DNA from: an uncultured Eubacteriales bacterium
GTDB taxonomy: Bacteria > Acidobacteriota > Aminicenantia > Aminicenantales > Aminicenantaceae
Reading direction: 5' to 3'
DNA: 64,000 bases
Assembly: GCA_964456985.1 (NCBI GenBank)
Contig: CAYWDH010000001.1
Span: 17,975-81,974, forward strand
In this document: positions 63,526 through 64,000 of the stretch, in pieces
How the letters are laid out: every line of letters starts with the position of its first letter
Position numbering within the stretch: position 1 is the first letter of the stretch
Made by a program: the position numbers and the translations under genes
Notes under the pieces: model-generated
Databases searched by the model: none
Told to the model about the DNA's origin: nothing
The model's input: only the letters and a program-made list of their open reading frames with translations

Positions 63526-64000
63526 ATGGTAAAAAAGATCTTTGGATGTTTGATTGTCATCCTGATAACCACAGGCTTTTCTTTAACTCAGGAGCCTGTT
63601 GGGATTAACATTAAAATTCCAGTCAGAGTGTTTGACGGAAACCAATTTGTGGATAATCTCACCATAGATGACTTTGAAATCTATGAAAACGATATCCGCA
63701 GAAACATAAATGCTTTAGTCCTGACGGAAAAAGCACAGATTGTAAGACAAGATTTAAAACAGCAGGTAAAACCCAATTTGAGCCGACATTTCTGCTTTCT
63801 TTTCCAGATAACCGATTATAATCCCAGAATAAGTGAAGGGATGACTTATTTCTTCGACAACATCTTCCAACCAGGCGACAGTATCATGCTCATCACGCCG
63901 TTAAAGCAGTATTCTCTTTCCTCCAAAGCTCTGGAAATAAAATCCCGCGAGGACCTCGTTAAAGATATCATTAATGTCATCCGGAGGGACACTCTTTCCG
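63526..64000 (+). CDS. Hypothetical secreted protein, 5' part only (truncated by the window end)
   Basis: ATG at 63526 with a strong ribosome-binding site. Signal peptide MVKKIFGCLIVILITTGFSLTQ. The frame stays open to the window edge. Missing from the ORF track because it is truncated. Confidence 0.55.
   Translation, partial: MVKKIFGCLIVILITTGFSLTQEPVGINIKIPVRVFDGNQFVDNLTIDDFEIYENDIRRNINALVLTEKAQIVRQDLKQQVKPNLSRHFCFLFQITDYNPRISEGMTYFFDNIFQPGDSIMLITPLKQYSLSSKALEIKSREDLVKDIINVIRRDTLS

Noticed and set aside
1-64000. Scan for CRISPR arrays, tRNA/rRNA genes, transposases, integrases and toxin-antitoxin or restriction-modification genes
   Set aside because: None found. I saw no regularly spaced direct repeats, no tRNA T-loop/acceptor patterns, and no DDE, tyrosine-recombinase, nuclease or methyltransferase motifs. 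The window does not look like a defence or mobile island.

Overview
This 64-kb window looks like bacterial chromosome with about 42% GC and AT-rich intergenic regions. Several promoters match the pattern TTGACT/TTGACA-N16-17-TTATAT/TATAAT. I found no rRNA, tRNA, CRISPR array, transposase or integrase. Most genes are metabolic or envelope functions, and they group as follows:
- 185-4276 (minus): a HemL-like class-III aminomutase, an Ord/DapB-like amine dehydrogenase and a Na+/solute symporter.
- 4494-6279: a Stf0-like sulfotransferase, an XRE regulator and a DUF2975 membrane protein.
- 6448-11090: an S9 peptidase and a sulfatase-fold protein fused to TPR repeats, whose catalytic Cys is replaced by Thr.
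- 11260-15071: an ABC-2 ATPase, an atypical 576-aa permease and a Tat-signal DUF362 protein.
- 15381-18980: GTP-dependent PEP carboxykinase and a conspicuously GC-rich catalase.
- 19438-23996: a membrane Ser/Thr kinase with TPR repeats, a lipoprotein and an NHL beta-propeller lipoprotein.
- 23997-29992 (minus): a complete molybdenum-cofactor operon, modABC-moeA-moaA-moaC-MOSC-mogA, preceded by a 270-nt structured leader that may be a Moco riboswitch.
- 30272-41793: an arabinose/rhamnose glycan-utilisation block with two GH127-family hydrolases, a GH51 arabinofuranosidase, rhaA, rhaB, a TauE/SafE exporter and a TLC-type ATP/ADP-translocase homologue.
- 41972-45348: a four-gene operon of two CPA-family cation/proton antiporter paralogues, a PtsN-like EIIA protein and a PII-like protein.
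- 45391-53065: a BNR/sortilin-like protein, an aldose epimerase and the trans-3-hydroxy-L-proline catabolic pair (Cys/Thr-type dehydratase plus OCD-family reductase) with a second symporter.
- 53692-63294: RarD, a large GT-C-like membrane protein, a putative lipid-remodelling operon and a CBM9/DUF5916 outer-membrane protein.
- 63526-64000: a truncated hypothetical gene at the window end.
Non-coding observations:
- An ~85-nt intergenic element occurs twice, near 15.2 kb and 22.7 kb.
- A ~45-nt element occurs twice as direct repeats flanking the MBL/PAP2 segment, near 56.9 kb and 59.0 kb.
- An 18-bp perfect inverted repeat with a 91-nt spacer lies at the window start.
- The region upstream of the catalase promoter is AT-rich and pseudo-palindromic.
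- A high-GC remnant lies at 15.1 kb.
- A 56-aa two-TM gene at 58763-58933 (minus) is missing from the ORF track.
Product assignments rest on motif recognition by eye and were not checked against any database.
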